Source: a virus
Strand: one strand, 5' to 3'
DNA length: 64,000 nt
Virus record (IMG/VR): IMGVR_UViG_3300044733_003647
Location: 1-64,000 of that record
Part shown: one piece after another, positions 54,264 through 64,000 of the stretch
Numbering within the stretch: position 1 is the first letter of the stretch
Layout: each line of letters opens with the position of its first letter
The notes under the pieces: generated by a model
Seen by the model: the letters and a program-made list of their open reading frames with translations, nothing else
Database searches by the model: none
What the model was told of the DNA's origin: nothing
Made by a program: the position numbers and the translations under genes

Positions 54264-57200
54264 ATGGCTCTGAATTTTAACGTTGATCCATATTACGATG
54301 ATTTCGACCCATCAAAGAATTTTCATCGTATTCTTTTTAAACCAGGCGTTGCAGTACAGGCAAGAGAATTAACACAATCTCAAACAATTCTGCAAAGCCA
54401 GATTTCTAAATTTGCAGATAACATTTTTTCACAGAACACACCAGTTACTGGTGGTAAAGTTACTGTAAATCAAAATTGTTATTATTTAAAACTAAACGCA
54501 CAATACAATAGTGCTGACATTGTTGCTGGTGATTTTACCAATAAAATTATTCAGGATTCAACCGGTCAAGTTATTGCGAAAGTAATTAAGACAGCAGAAG
54601 CAACAGGTACAGATGTAACTGCAGGTGATCCACCAACACTAATTGTTACATATCTTTCTGGTAGTCAGTTTAGTGATGGCATGGATATTTTCCCTGCTGA
54701 CGGATCAAACTTTGCAGCAACAATTATTGGTACTCTTGGTGGTTCAACTGGTGTCGGGCTTTCTTCTGTTGCATCCATTTCTGATGGTGTTTTCTACATT
54801 GTTAATGGTTATTCACAGTCAAGTACACAGAATGAAGATGGTTCTTATACCAAGTATTCAATCGGTAATTTTGTATCCGTTCAACCACAAACAACAATAC
54901 TGGACAAGTACAGTTCAACACCGTCCTATCGTGTAGGTTTGTCGATCCAAGAAACAATCGTAGACTATATCGATGATCCATCACTATTGGATCCGGCAGT
55001 TGGTGCATCGAACTATCAGGCACCAGGTGCAGATAGATATCAAATTAACTTGTCACTCACAACATTACCATTAGAATTGGGTAATGATGATGCATTCGTT
55101 GAGTTACTAAGAATTGAAAATGGTAATGTTCAGAAGCAAGTAAACAGCACAGTTTATTCTGTCATTGATGAATACTTTGCAAAGAGAACTTCTGAGACAA
55201 ACGGTGATTATATCGTCAGTAATTTCAAGATAACACCTTCTGCAAACACAATTGACGCAAATACATATATCTTAGGCGTTGGACCGGGCATTGCATATGT
55301 TCAAGGTTTTAGAATAGAAAATCAATCGACATTGCAAATTACATCTGGTCGTGCAAGAACAACAGATTCTATCAATAACAATAGTAACTTTATTGATTAT
55401 GGTAACTACATCTATATTGATAATTTGAAAGGTCAAGGCGGCAGTTTCTTTGATATCACAACCGGCAGCCCAGTAGATTTTCATATTGTTGGCACCACGG
55501 GTGTTGATAGATCAAACACAACAACTTACAATTCAACTTTAGCTGGCAGTGGTTATATTCGTGCATTAAGTTATGTTCAGGCCTCAAACGGTTCAAATAC
55601 ACAAACATATACTTACAAGGCACACATCTTTGATCTTGCAAGTAAAACACTTTCAAGCAACGTTTCAGTTGCCAACACCAATTTCACAACACTGTATGTT
55701 GGTTCAGCTGGTCAATTGTCAAACGTAGCAAATGCATACGTTGGTTGTTCTATCACAATTAATTCTGGCACAAATGCGGGTGATGCAAGAACAATTACCT
55801 ATTACGATCCGAACAACAAAACAATTCAAACCGATGCACCTTTCACCATTTTACCTGACGGAACATCTCAGTTCTCAATTCGTTTTGGTGTAAAAGATTT
55901 CGAAACAATTGTGCAACCTGTTGTAGGTACACCTTACACATTTGAAGGTAGTGCAAGTGTTAGCAATTTGGGTAAAGTAAACAATGTCGCATCTGGTTAC
56001 ACACAGTTATTCAATCCAGGAAATCCACAACTGATCTTCCCATTGGGTAACAAGTTTGTTTCTGCTGTAACAGATTCTTCTTACACAACACTACAAGAAT
56101 TTAGAGCACAATCTTTCGCAAGTTACCTAACTGGTTCAAGAAGATATCTGCAATTGGATCCATCATCTACAGGAACATTTGATTTAATTAGAACAGGTAC
56201 AACAGAATCTGCTGATGCGATTAGACAAAATTGGATAGTTGTTGTAACAAACAGATTAACCAATACCACCATAAACAACGGTGATATTATCGATTTCACA
56301 ACAGGCAGCAGAAGTATTGCTGTTGACTCGGACAAAAATGGTGTTTATCTAACATGCCCGGATCTTGCTCCATTCGTTGCAACAATCTATACAAAACTAT
56401 CTGTTACAGATGGCAATGACACAAACTACGTACTGAAAACAAAGACACTTGTTCAAGCAAATACAACAGTTGCAAGTTCTGCTGGACCAGATGGTGTTGT
56501 CAATAACACATACATCGATCTGACAAATGGTCAAATCTGGATTCCAACTGCTGGCGTATTGAGTTATGGCAACAACCAGAAATTGTATGTTTCTGATGTT
56601 AAGAGAATTGTTAAGATTATTGATACGAATGGTGTAACACCAAATACAACACTGTTGACAACAGGTACCGATATTACATCTTACTATACATTTAATGATG
56701 GTCAAACAGACAGTTACTATGGGCACTCATACATCACATTGAAACCTGGTCGTCAGAAACCAGTTTCATTGTGGATTCTATTTGATCACTTCAACCATTC
56801 TGGTGGTGATGGTTACTTTAGCGCACAGTCTTATACAAACGTTGGTTTCACCGACAGACCAAAATACTATGCTGGCAATGGTACACTTTATGATCTGAAA
56901 GATTGTTTAGACTTTAGGCCTGCTGTGTTGAATGGACAAGGTAACTTTGTATTCAAATACAAAATCACGCCAACGACCACAAACAACTCCGGTTTCTTTA
57001 TTCCTTCAGACTTGAGTGCGTTTACATCCGATTATGCATACTATCTGGGAAGAAAAGATATACTTATAATTGGTAAAGACAAAGGCATAAGATTAATTGA
57101 AGGTGTTCCAGATATTAATCCTATTTTCCCCAGTCAGCCAGAAGGTTCTATGTTGTTGGCCAAAATTTCTTTGGATCCATACACCGAATATGTGACTGGT

Positions 57201-59351
57201 CAAACAACAACTGGGCAAATTGCAAACATCAGTGTTCAACCAGTACTACACAAACGTTGGGCATTCAAAGACATTACAGATTTGCAAACACGTGTCAATA
57301 ATCTGGAATATTATACATCATTAAATCTGTTGGAACAAAAGGCCGCAAATCTACAGATACCTGACGGAAATGGTTTAAATCGTTTCAAGAATGGTATTTT
57401 AGTTGATGACTTTTCAACCTTTAGTGTTGGTGACACATTCAATCCAGACTTTAGTGCAGCAATCAATACAAGATTGCAATATTTGACACCTGCATTATTG
57501 ATTAAAAATTATTCTCTACAGAACCAACAGTTGTTAAGTGTTGGTGGTTTCAAAGGCTTGTCAAATACAGCCACTACCGGACTATCATTCAAACCAACAA
57601 ATTCTGATAATTCTCCAATTTATACTTTAAAGTATACAGAAGAAATAATTGCAAGTCAACCTCTGGCAAGTAGAGTTATTTCGGTTAATCCTTTTGCTGT
57701 AGCAGATTCGGTTGGTACACTGACTCTGACTCCACCAATGGACAACTGGATTGACAATACAGCACAACCTGATTTGTTGTTCATTGATCCTAATCTGAGA
57801 ATGTATCAGCCTTCAAGCACTCTCAATTTACTTGAAGGTGATCCAACTTTGGCTGTTGGTGACTGGAAAACAATTCCAGGAACAGAAACAACAACCACAC
57901 AAACAATGACAGAAACTGTTGATGATGGTTTTTTTAATTTTTCTTCTTCTTACAACGCAAACGTCACAACCGTAGATAAACAAAACATCTACACCTACGG
58001 TTATTGGTCACAAACATATTCTGTTGAAGGTAATTATATTACCAACGTTTCTCTGTTGCCATATATCAGAGCACAACAGATTGCTTTCAGAGCAACAGAC
58101 ATGTTGTTTAATACAACAGTGAACGTATTCTTTGATGAGAAACGTGTCTCGCGTATGATTAGAAAGCCAAACATCATCGAATTGAGTGGTGTAACCGGTG
58201 AATTCAAAGTTGGTGACACAATTGGTTATGTCGTGAGTTCAATTTTCACAAAGACCGGTATTATTTCCGATATTTACAAGTATGCAAACGGCAACGTTCG
58301 TCTGTATGTTATTGGTGATATTGGCACCGCATCTTATGGTACAACTGTTAGAAACGGATTCTTCAATACGTCCGGTGTGTATCAGAACAGTACAGCAAGT
58401 GGTACATTTGTTTCGTTAACTCACTATTCTGGTGCATTCACAGCCAATACATCTTCAGCAAACACCGTAACACTTGCATCAACAGCTTCTTCAAGCAACA
58501 CAGCATATGTTGGGCAAGAATTCTGGATTGTTAATGGATCAGAGTCAAGTGTTCTGTCGATTCCTATCGGTCAGAAGGCAACAGTTTCAAGTTACAATGG
58601 TGTTACAAAAGTCGCCACATTGAATAGAAATATTACCGCAAAAACTGGCGAAACATATTCAATTGGACCTTTGGTTACCAACGAAGTTGGTTCCGTATCT
58701 GGTGTTTTCAACTGCCCAGGCGGTTACTTCCATGTTGGTGAAAGAACGATGAAGATTGATAACAGAATTGTTACAGAAGGTATATCAGACTTCTTCTACA
58801 ACAAAGGTACCGAAACAACATCGGCTCAAGCAACTTTCTTTGCACAAGGTTTATCTACAACATCTCAGCAAATTAATTATTCTGCAAGCGTGTCTGGTCA
58901 AGCAAACACAATCACAACCATCAAAACTGTTAATGACTTTGTTACAAATACACAGAGAATACAAACTGGTGGTGGCGGCGGAGGTTGCTGTGTTATTTCT
59001 ACAGCAATGGCTGACATGGGTATTTGGTCGAAAGATCAGAAGTTTGATCTGATTGAATGGTGTGAGAAGTATCTGCACAACAAAACACTTGGTGAATGCT
59101 TCCGCCGTGGTTATCAAGTGATTGGTTCTAAGGTTGCTGTGCCGTTGTTGAGGGATCAAGGCATTATTGGTAAGATTATAAGACCTTATGGTAATTGGGC
59201 ATTCACAAACGGAACAAACATGGTTCGTGGTAAGAAATTCTCATGGTTGTCAGTACCAAACTCTGTAGTTTGGATTGCAGGTTTCATGGCAGTTGGTGCA
59301 GTTGTCACAACAAAGTATGCAAACAAGTGCTGGAAAAAACTGTACGAATAA
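54264..59351 (+). CDS. Large virion protein (VrlC/DUF4815-like) N-terminal part, with C-terminal Gly-Cys-led domain and TM segment
   Basis: N..PYYDDF, F.PG..VQARELTQ.Q and RFKNG..VD.F; ends GGGGGGCCVISTA...hydrophobic helix. Confidence 0.85.
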   Translation: MALNFNVDPYYDDFDPSKNFHRILFKPGVAVQARELTQSQTILQSQISKFADNIFSQNTPVTGGKVTVNQNCYYLKLNAQYNSADIVAGDFTNKIIQDSTGQVIAKVIKTAEATGTDVTAGDPPTLIVTYLSGSQFSDGMDIFPADGSNFAATIIGTLGGSTGVGLSSVASISDGVFYIVNGYSQSSTQNEDGSYTKYSIGNFVSVQPQTTILDKYSSTPSYRVGLSIQETIVDYIDDPSLLDPAVGASNYQAPGADRYQINLSLTTLPLELGNDDAFVELLRIENGNVQKQVNSTVYSVIDEYFAKRTSETNGDYIVSNFKITPSANTIDANTYILGVGPGIAYVQGFRIENQSTLQITSGRARTTDSINNNSNFIDYGNYIYIDNLKGQGGSFFDITTGSPVDFHIVGTTGVDRSNTTTYNSTLAGSGYIRALSYVQASNGSNTQTYTYKAHIFDLASKTLSSNVSVANTNFTTLYVGSAGQLSNVANAYVGCSITINSGTNAGDARTITYYDPNNKTIQTDAPFTILPDGTSQFSIRFGVKDFETIVQPVVGTPYTFEGSASVSNLGKVNNVASGYTQLFNPGNPQLIFPLGNKFVSAVTDSSYTTLQEFRAQSFASYLTGSRRYLQLDPSSTGTFDLIRTGTTESADAIRQNWIVVVTNRLTNTTINNGDIIDFTTGSRSIAVDSDKNGVYLTCPDLAPFVATIYTKLSVTDGNDTNYVLKTKTLVQANTTVASSAGPDGVVNNTYIDLTNGQIWIPTAGVLSYGNNQKLYVSDVKRIVKIIDTNGVTPNTTLLTTGTDITSYYTFNDGQTDSYYGHSYITLKPGRQKPVSLWILFDHFNHSGGDGYFSAQSYTNVGFTDRPKYYAGNGTLYDLKDCLDFRPAVLNGQGNFVFKYKITPTTTNNSGFFIPSDLSAFTSDYAYYLGRKDILIIGKDKGIRLIEGVPDINPIFPSQPEGSMLLAKISLDPYTEYVTGQTTTGQIANISVQPVLHKRWAFKDITDLQTRVNNLEYYTSLNLLEQKAANLQIPDGNGLNRFKNGILVDDFSTFSVGDTFNPDFSAAINTRLQYLTPALLIKNYSLQNQQLLSVGGFKGLSNTATTGLSFKPTNSDNSPIYTLKYTEEIIASQPLASRVISVNPFAVADSVGTLTLTPPMDNWIDNTAQPDLLFIDPNLRMYQPSSTLNLLEGDPTLAVGDWKTIPGTETTTTQTMTETVDDGFFNFSSSYNANVTTVDKQNIYTYGYWSQTYSVEGNYITNVSLLPYIRAQQIAFRATDMLFNTTVNVFFDEKRVSRMIRKPNIIELSGVTGEFKVGDTIGYVVSSIFTKTGIISDIYKYANGNVRLYVIGDIGTASYGTTVRNGFFNTSGVYQNSTASGTFVSLTHYSGAFTANTSSANTVTLASTASSSNTAYVGQEFWIVNGSESSVLSIPIGQKATVSSYNGVTKVATLNRNITAKTGETYSIGPLVTNEVGSVSGVFNCPGGYFHVGERTMKIDNRIVTEGISDFFYNKGTETTSAQATFFAQGLSTTSQQINYSASVSGQANTITTIKTVNDFVTNTQRIQTGGGGGGCCVISTAMADMGIWSKDQKFDLIEWCEKYLHNKTLGECFRRGYQVIGSKVAVPLLRDQGIIGKIIRPYGNWAFTNGTNMVRGKKFSWLSVPNSVVWIAGFMAVGAVVTTKYANKCWKKLYE

Positions 59352-59354
59352 ATT

Positions 59355-59804
59355 ATGGGACTAAGTGTAGCTGAATATTTCGCACAAAAGGAGGCATGTG
59401 CCTCCTGTGTGGATCATGGCACCGAAGAACATTGTGTTACCACATTGTTAAGTAGAAAAGAAAATTGTTTTGTTTATAGTATTATACATAATCAAATTGG
59501 TGAGTATAAACAAGAAGAGATTGAGTTACTTAGAAAAATGAGGGAAGATTCTTCAGAAGAAGAGAACGTAATTTATTATGTTAGAGGTGAAAGAATCATT
59601 GAAAAGATGCATCTGATGGAAAAACCTTTCTATGAGCAGGTATCCTTTTTCAGTTATATTAATTTTAAGTATATCAAAAGTGTCGTCGAAGCATTAGTTC
59701 AAAAACGAACAGATGACGCAAAACGTCTAATAAATACTATGTTAGAAGTTCTTGAAAAAGAAAATAACATACCGAAGGAATTAAATGAGTTCAAGTACTA
59801 TTGA
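59355..59804 (+). CDS. CFI-box-like helical protein
   Basis: CFV...E..LLR..R....YY.....I....YI..VV pattern. Confidence 0.55.
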   Translation: MGLSVAEYFAQKEACASCVDHGTEEHCVTTLLSRKENCFVYSIIHNQIGEYKQEEIELLRKMREDSSEEENVIYYVRGERIIEKMHLMEKPFYEQVSFFSYINFKYIKSVVEALVQKRTDDAKRLINTMLEVLEKENNIPKELNEFKYY

Positions 59805-61440
59805 TCCAGTAGCGCAAACATTTATCATAGATGGTCAGAATTTTCCATCTGGAGCTTTTTTAAGTTCCGTTAATTTGTTTTTCAGAACAAAACCATCAAC
59901 GAGTGTGCCTGTTCGTGTTTGCATATTACCAACTCTTAATGGTTATCCAACTGGACAACCATTACAGTATTCTATTGTTAGTTTGCCTTCTACTTCTGTT
60001 AATGTATCTGAAACACCACACTATCTGAATTCAAATACATATACAAATTTTGCCTTTTCGTCACCGGTTTATATTAACCCGGATCAATTATACGCAATAG
60101 TTGTACAGTCATCTTCAGATGATTATACTTTATGGTGTTCACAACAAGGTGATACTGCACTATTATCAACATCAAAAGCTCTGCCAACAGACGTTAATCC
60201 ACCATCACCAACAAAGATTGTTACGACACCATATGTTGGTGATTTATTTGAGTCGCAGAATGGATTGACTTGGACAGCCGATTTATTAAAAGATTTGATG
60301 TTTACAATTAATAGATGTAAGTTTAGTACCAATACATCACCATCAATTTCATTTGTTGTTCCGGCAGGATTACCGGAAAGAAGAAGAATCGAATCGACTA
60401 CAGCTCTTGCTGCAGCCAATTCCATATATGATGCACTCAACCTATCCACAACAGACTTAACACCACCAGGAACATCTCTTACATATCAGTACACAACGAC
60501 ACTAGAGTCTGGTATATCCGATGGTCCATACAGTGTGGTTCCAGGAAAATATGGAACACCAAAATCAGAAGATGTTAGTCTGAATGACAACAAAGGATCA
60601 AGAGTATTAAATTATACCGCAAATGATTCATTCAAATTACAAGTTACTTTATCAACGGATAATGATGCGGTAAGTCCAGCAATTGCAGAAGATGGATTGA
60701 ACCTATGGACAATTCGTTATAGAATTAATAACATGGGTATTTCGAATGATGATATTTTCTTAATTACTGGTGGAATTGGCTACTTAGCTAATGCAAACGG
60801 AACAATTTCTTATCCTCAAATTAGCGTTTCTGCACCAGATTTGGATGTTGGCGAACAAGCTTATGTTTCCGCCAACATTCAGTCTGGAAATATTGTCAGT
60901 GTGTATGTTACATCAGAAGGTTCTGGATATCTGACAACACCAACAATTACTATTTCAAACACATCAAACGTGTCTGCGAACGTAATTATTGCTGGTGAAA
61001 CTTCACCTTCCGGTGGAAATAGCAGAGCCAGATACATTACACAGATTGTCACATTAGCTGAAGGCAGCGATTCGGGTGACTTAAGGGTTTACACATCAGC
61101 CTATAGACCAACAAATTCCGACATTCATGTGTATTATAAAATTGTGGCTAGAGATGATACACAGAAAATTGAAGAAGGTGATTGGAAACTAATGACAATT
61201 ACAAGTGGTGCTGGAAGATATTCGACAAGTTTTTCCGATATCATTGAATATGAATTTTCACCAGGAACCTTAAATGTTGCGGATGAATTTGTAAGTTATA
61301 CCAGTAAAGCCAATGGGCTTTCTTACACATCATTCTATCAGTTTATGATCAAGGTTGTTATGTCATCTTCTGATTCAACATTTGCACCATTCTTGGATGA
61401 TATAAGAGCGATTGCTCTACCACCAGGAACAGGACTATAA
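59785..61440 (+). CDS. VrlC/DUF4815-like virion protein C-terminal part
   Basis: Begins IDPVAQTF..G.FL.SV.LFF..K; also LF.SQNG.TW..DL.F, ARYIT..V.L and D.RAIAL. Confidence 0.85.
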   Translation: MSSSTIDPVAQTFIIDGQNFPSGAFLSSVNLFFRTKPSTSVPVRVCILPTLNGYPTGQPLQYSIVSLPSTSVNVSETPHYLNSNTYTNFAFSSPVYINPDQLYAIVVQSSSDDYTLWCSQQGDTALLSTSKALPTDVNPPSPTKIVTTPYVGDLFESQNGLTWTADLLKDLMFTINRCKFSTNTSPSISFVVPAGLPERRRIESTTALAAANSIYDALNLSTTDLTPPGTSLTYQYTTTLESGISDGPYSVVPGKYGTPKSEDVSLNDNKGSRVLNYTANDSFKLQVTLSTDNDAVSPAIAEDGLNLWTIRYRINNMGISNDDIFLITGGIGYLANANGTISYPQISVSAPDLDVGEQAYVSANIQSGNIVSVYVTSEGSGYLTTPTITISNTSNVSANVIIAGETSPSGGNSRARYITQIVTLAEGSDSGDLRVYTSAYRPTNSDIHVYYKIVARDDTQKIEEGDWKLMTITSGAGRYSTSFSDIIEYEFSPGTLNVADEFVSYTSKANGLSYTSFYQFMIKVVMSSSDSTFAPFLDDIRAIALPPGTGL

Positions 61441-61441
61441 G

Positions 61442-61669
61442 ATGTTAGTCAAAGTAGAAGGCACCAATCTGTATCGCGATACAGAAACCATGGCTTTAAT
61501 TAATAGAGACACCAAAGAAAAAAATGATTATATAATGAAGTCTCGTTTAATTAAGAACCAAAAAGATCAAATAAATACCGTCAAAGAAGAAATAGAAGTC
61601 ATCAAAGGCGAAATGTCAGAAATTAAACAGTTGATGATAAAACTACTCGAAAAAGGTTCAAATGGCTAA
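61442..61669 (+). CDS. Small conserved coiled-coil protein
   Basis: KVEG..L.RD..T.A.IN...EIK.L...L. Confidence 0.75.
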   Translation: MLVKVEGTNLYRDTETMALINRDTKEKNDYIMKSRLIKNQKDQINTVKEEIEVIKGEMSEIKQLMIKLLEKGSNG

Positions 61670-64000
61670 TACAGTTACATCGTTAAGTTACGCAAACACA
61701 TTTGGTGAGTGGGTTGTTGCGACTAATAGTCTTATTAGAGAGAATAATGATCTTGCGGCAAATGATTATGTTAAAAGTACAGGTACAATTTACCTAAATG
61801 AAACTACACAAAACTCTCTTCAATCAAACGGAACTGTAATTATACAGAAAGAACTGCTTGTACAAGGTACAGGTTCATCTGCGACAGTACAAAATAATTT
61901 AAACGTTGGCAGTCAACTGTATCTAACAAATGGCGCACTAAGTTTAGTTGCATCAGGTCAAGCAAACGTTGCTGGTCAGATTAACGGGCAAGCTTCTGGT
62001 ATTGGTCTGTTTATTGCAAACAATGCACACATTGGTGGAACTACAGTTTCTGCTGTTAGACTGACAACAGGAGTTTTGCAGGCAAACTCTTCTGTTAATA
62101 CATCAAACGCATCGATTGTTAATACATTATTCACTAAAGATTTACAGGCAAATTCAACAGTTAATACAGCAACCGCTTCTGTAACTGGTACCACATTTAC
62201 CAATGTACTACAAGCCAACACATCAACAAACACAAGTAATGCTTCGATTGTTGGAACGACATACACCGGTATGTTACAAGCCAATACTTCTGCAACTGTT
62301 GGTACATTGCAAGCTAATACATCCACAAATACTGCAACTGCGTCCGTAACAGGCACAACATTTACTAATGTGTTGCAGGCAAATACGTCAACTAACACCG
62401 CGACAGCATCCGTAACTGGTACTACATTTACCAGTGTGTTGCAAGCCAATACATCGACAAATACTGCCACAGCATCTGTCACAGGCATCACATTTACTAA
62501 TGTATTACAAGCCAATACTTCTTCAAATACCAGAACAGCTTCCGTAACAGGAACAACATTCACTGGTTCATTACAGGCTAATACATCGACAAATACTGCC
62601 ACAGCATCTGTCACAGGCACAACATTTACGGACATTTTACAAGCGAATACGACCGCAATAGTTGGTACATTACAGGCCAACACAACTGTAATTGCACCAA
62701 CATCATCCGTATCTGGTACAACATTCACCAATGTTTTACAGGCCAATTCGACCGTCAACACAGCAACAGTATCTGTAACTGGTACAGTAATTACAAATGA
62801 AGTTGCAGCAAACACATCTGTAAATTCTCCATTAGTTGTTGCGAATAATATTACATCAAACAACACAATTACTGCAAATAATATTTTTCTTTCTAATGTA
62901 TTGAATGGAAATACAAGCACTGCTTATTTTAATAGTATACTTGTTCAAGGTGGTGGTCTAACAATTAATGGAAATTTTGTTTTAACTGGAACAACAGTTT
63001 ATACAGCAAATACATTCTTACTTTCCGCCAACGTATCAACCGCAGTATCCAGTTTCTACAATGTTGACAGAGGTTCAACTGGCGTCGATGCTGCATTTCG
63101 TTGGAATGAACCTGCCAAATATTGGGACACATTGAATGTCACTTCAAACACATATTATCGTGTATTGACTGATGAATATTTCAACGATACATTAACATCG
63201 ACTAGCACAACATCTGTTGCAACTGCAAACGCAGTTAACGCATTAAATACACTTTATAATACATCAAATACGTTCTTGCAAGCTGGTGTTATTTCTGCTG
63301 GTTTGTATGCAAACGGAGCATTCTTAAGAGCTAATGCTGCATATAATTCTCAAAATACAACTGGCACATACGCAAATAATGCATATGCACAGGCAAATAC
63401 AGCAACTAATAACGCAGCTGGTGCATCACTTTATGCCAATGGTGCTTTCATACAAGCCAATGCAGCGTTTTTGGTAGCAAATACAGCAACTAATAACGCA
63501 GCTGGTGCATCACTTTATGCCAATGGTTCTTTCATACAAGCTAATGCTGCGTTCTTGAGAGCCAATACACCAGATGCTATAGCGAATTCGGCTGCACTAT
63601 ATGCAAATGGTGCTTTTACACAAGCAAACACTGCGACCACTAATGCAGCCACAGCCGACAGTAAAGCAGTAACAGCTGGTTCTTATGCTAACTCCGCATA
63701 CGGACAAGCAAACACTGCTACAACCAATGCAGCAATAGCAGACTCCAAAGCTGTTACGGCTGGTTCTTATGCAAACTCAGCATATGGTCAGGCTAATACC
63801 GCAACTAATAATGCCGCAGGTGCTTCTCTATACGCCAATGGTGCTTTTAGACAAGCTAATGCTGGTTACGCTCAAGCGAACACTGCAACAACCAATGCTG
63901 CAACAGCAGACTCTAAAGCTGTCACTGCCGGATCATATGCAAACTCCGCATTCACTCAAGCCAATTCGGCTTTCTCAACAGCAAGTAGTGCATTGAATGC
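61662..64000 (+). CDS. Long tail fibre-like protein (3'-truncated by the window)
   Basis: MANTVTSLSYANTFGEW..TN; 66-bp/22-aa LQANTSTNTATASVTGTTFTNV repeats, then YANGAF.QAN repeats; no stop seen before the window end. Confidence 0.75.
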   Translation, partial: MANTVTSLSYANTFGEWVVATNSLIRENNDLAANDYVKSTGTIYLNETTQNSLQSNGTVIIQKELLVQGTGSSATVQNNLNVGSQLYLTNGALSLVASGQANVAGQINGQASGIGLFIANNAHIGGTTVSAVRLTTGVLQANSSVNTSNASIVNTLFTKDLQANSTVNTATASVTGTTFTNVLQANTSTNTSNASIVGTTYTGMLQANTSATVGTLQANTSTNTATASVTGTTFTNVLQANTSTNTATASVTGTTFTSVLQANTSTNTATASVTGITFTNVLQANTSSNTRTASVTGTTFTGSLQANTSTNTATASVTGTTFTDILQANTTAIVGTLQANTTVIAPTSSVSGTTFTNVLQANSTVNTATVSVTGTVITNEVAANTSVNSPLVVANNITSNNTITANNIFLSNVLNGNTSTAYFNSILVQGGGLTINGNFVLTGTTVYTANTFLLSANVSTAVSSFYNVDRGSTGVDAAFRWNEPAKYWDTLNVTSNTYYRVLTDEYFNDTLTSTSTTSVATANAVNALNTLYNTSNTFLQAGVISAGLYANGAFLRANAAYNSQNTTGTYANNAYAQANTATNNAAGASLYANGAFIQANAAFLVANTATNNAAGASLYANGSFIQANAAFLRANTPDAIANSAALYANGAFTQANTATTNAATADSKAVTAGSYANSAYGQANTATTNAAIADSKAVTAGSYANSAYGQANTATNNAAGASLYANGAFRQANAGYAQANTATTNAATADSKAVTAGSYANSAFTQANSAFSTASSALN

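Noticed and set aside
58986-59351. Classical intein/Hint domain after GGGCC
   Set aside because: There is no TxxH block or terminal HN, and the sequence looks helical with a TM segment.
59785-59804. +1 frameshift fusing the 149-aa ORF to the VrlC C-terminal part
   Set aside because: The downstream ORF has its own SD (GAAGGA) and ATG, and no evident shift site is present.
61976-62920. 314-aa Val-rich minus-strand ORF
   Set aside because: It is the antisense of the 22-aa repeats of the + strand fibre gene starting at 61662.

Overview
This is a 64 kb segment of a T4-like (Tevenvirinae/Kyanoviridae-type) myovirus genome. The host is probably a freshwater proteobacterium; the tmRNA tag ANDEKFALAA looks betaproteobacterial. 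Layout: 1-7640, rnh, a peptidase/VWA protein and small ORFs (+). 7640-10440, a GC-richer, leftward-transcribed island of tiny genes driven by six near-identical sigma70-type promoters. 10860-11200, a non-coding gap with three phased DnaA boxes and repeats. 11200-31700, an early/accessory region (AAA ATPases, HNH, phosphoesterase, GalE-like epimerase, DenV-like, PhoH, exonuclease, a permuted two-piece tmRNA, SleB-like hydrolase). 31700-33600, gp33-gp59-gp32. 33600-64000, tail and baseplate genes (tape-measure-like proteins, gp51, gp26, gp54-like, gp2, gp4, gp48, gp53, hub, a three-way split gp5, gp25, gp6, gp7, gp8, a split VrlC-like protein, fibres). Most notable: (1) a -1 slippery heptamer that fuses gp26 to a start-less gp51, as in tail-chaperone frameshifts; (2) a VrlC-like virion gene interrupted by a Gly-Cys-led CFI-box-like two-domain cassette; (3) a phage permuted tmRNA; (4) the promoter island plus DnaA-box cluster; (5) two stand-alone Xre/MbcA/ParS-like antitoxin domains. 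All product calls come from motif recognition by eye; no searches were run.
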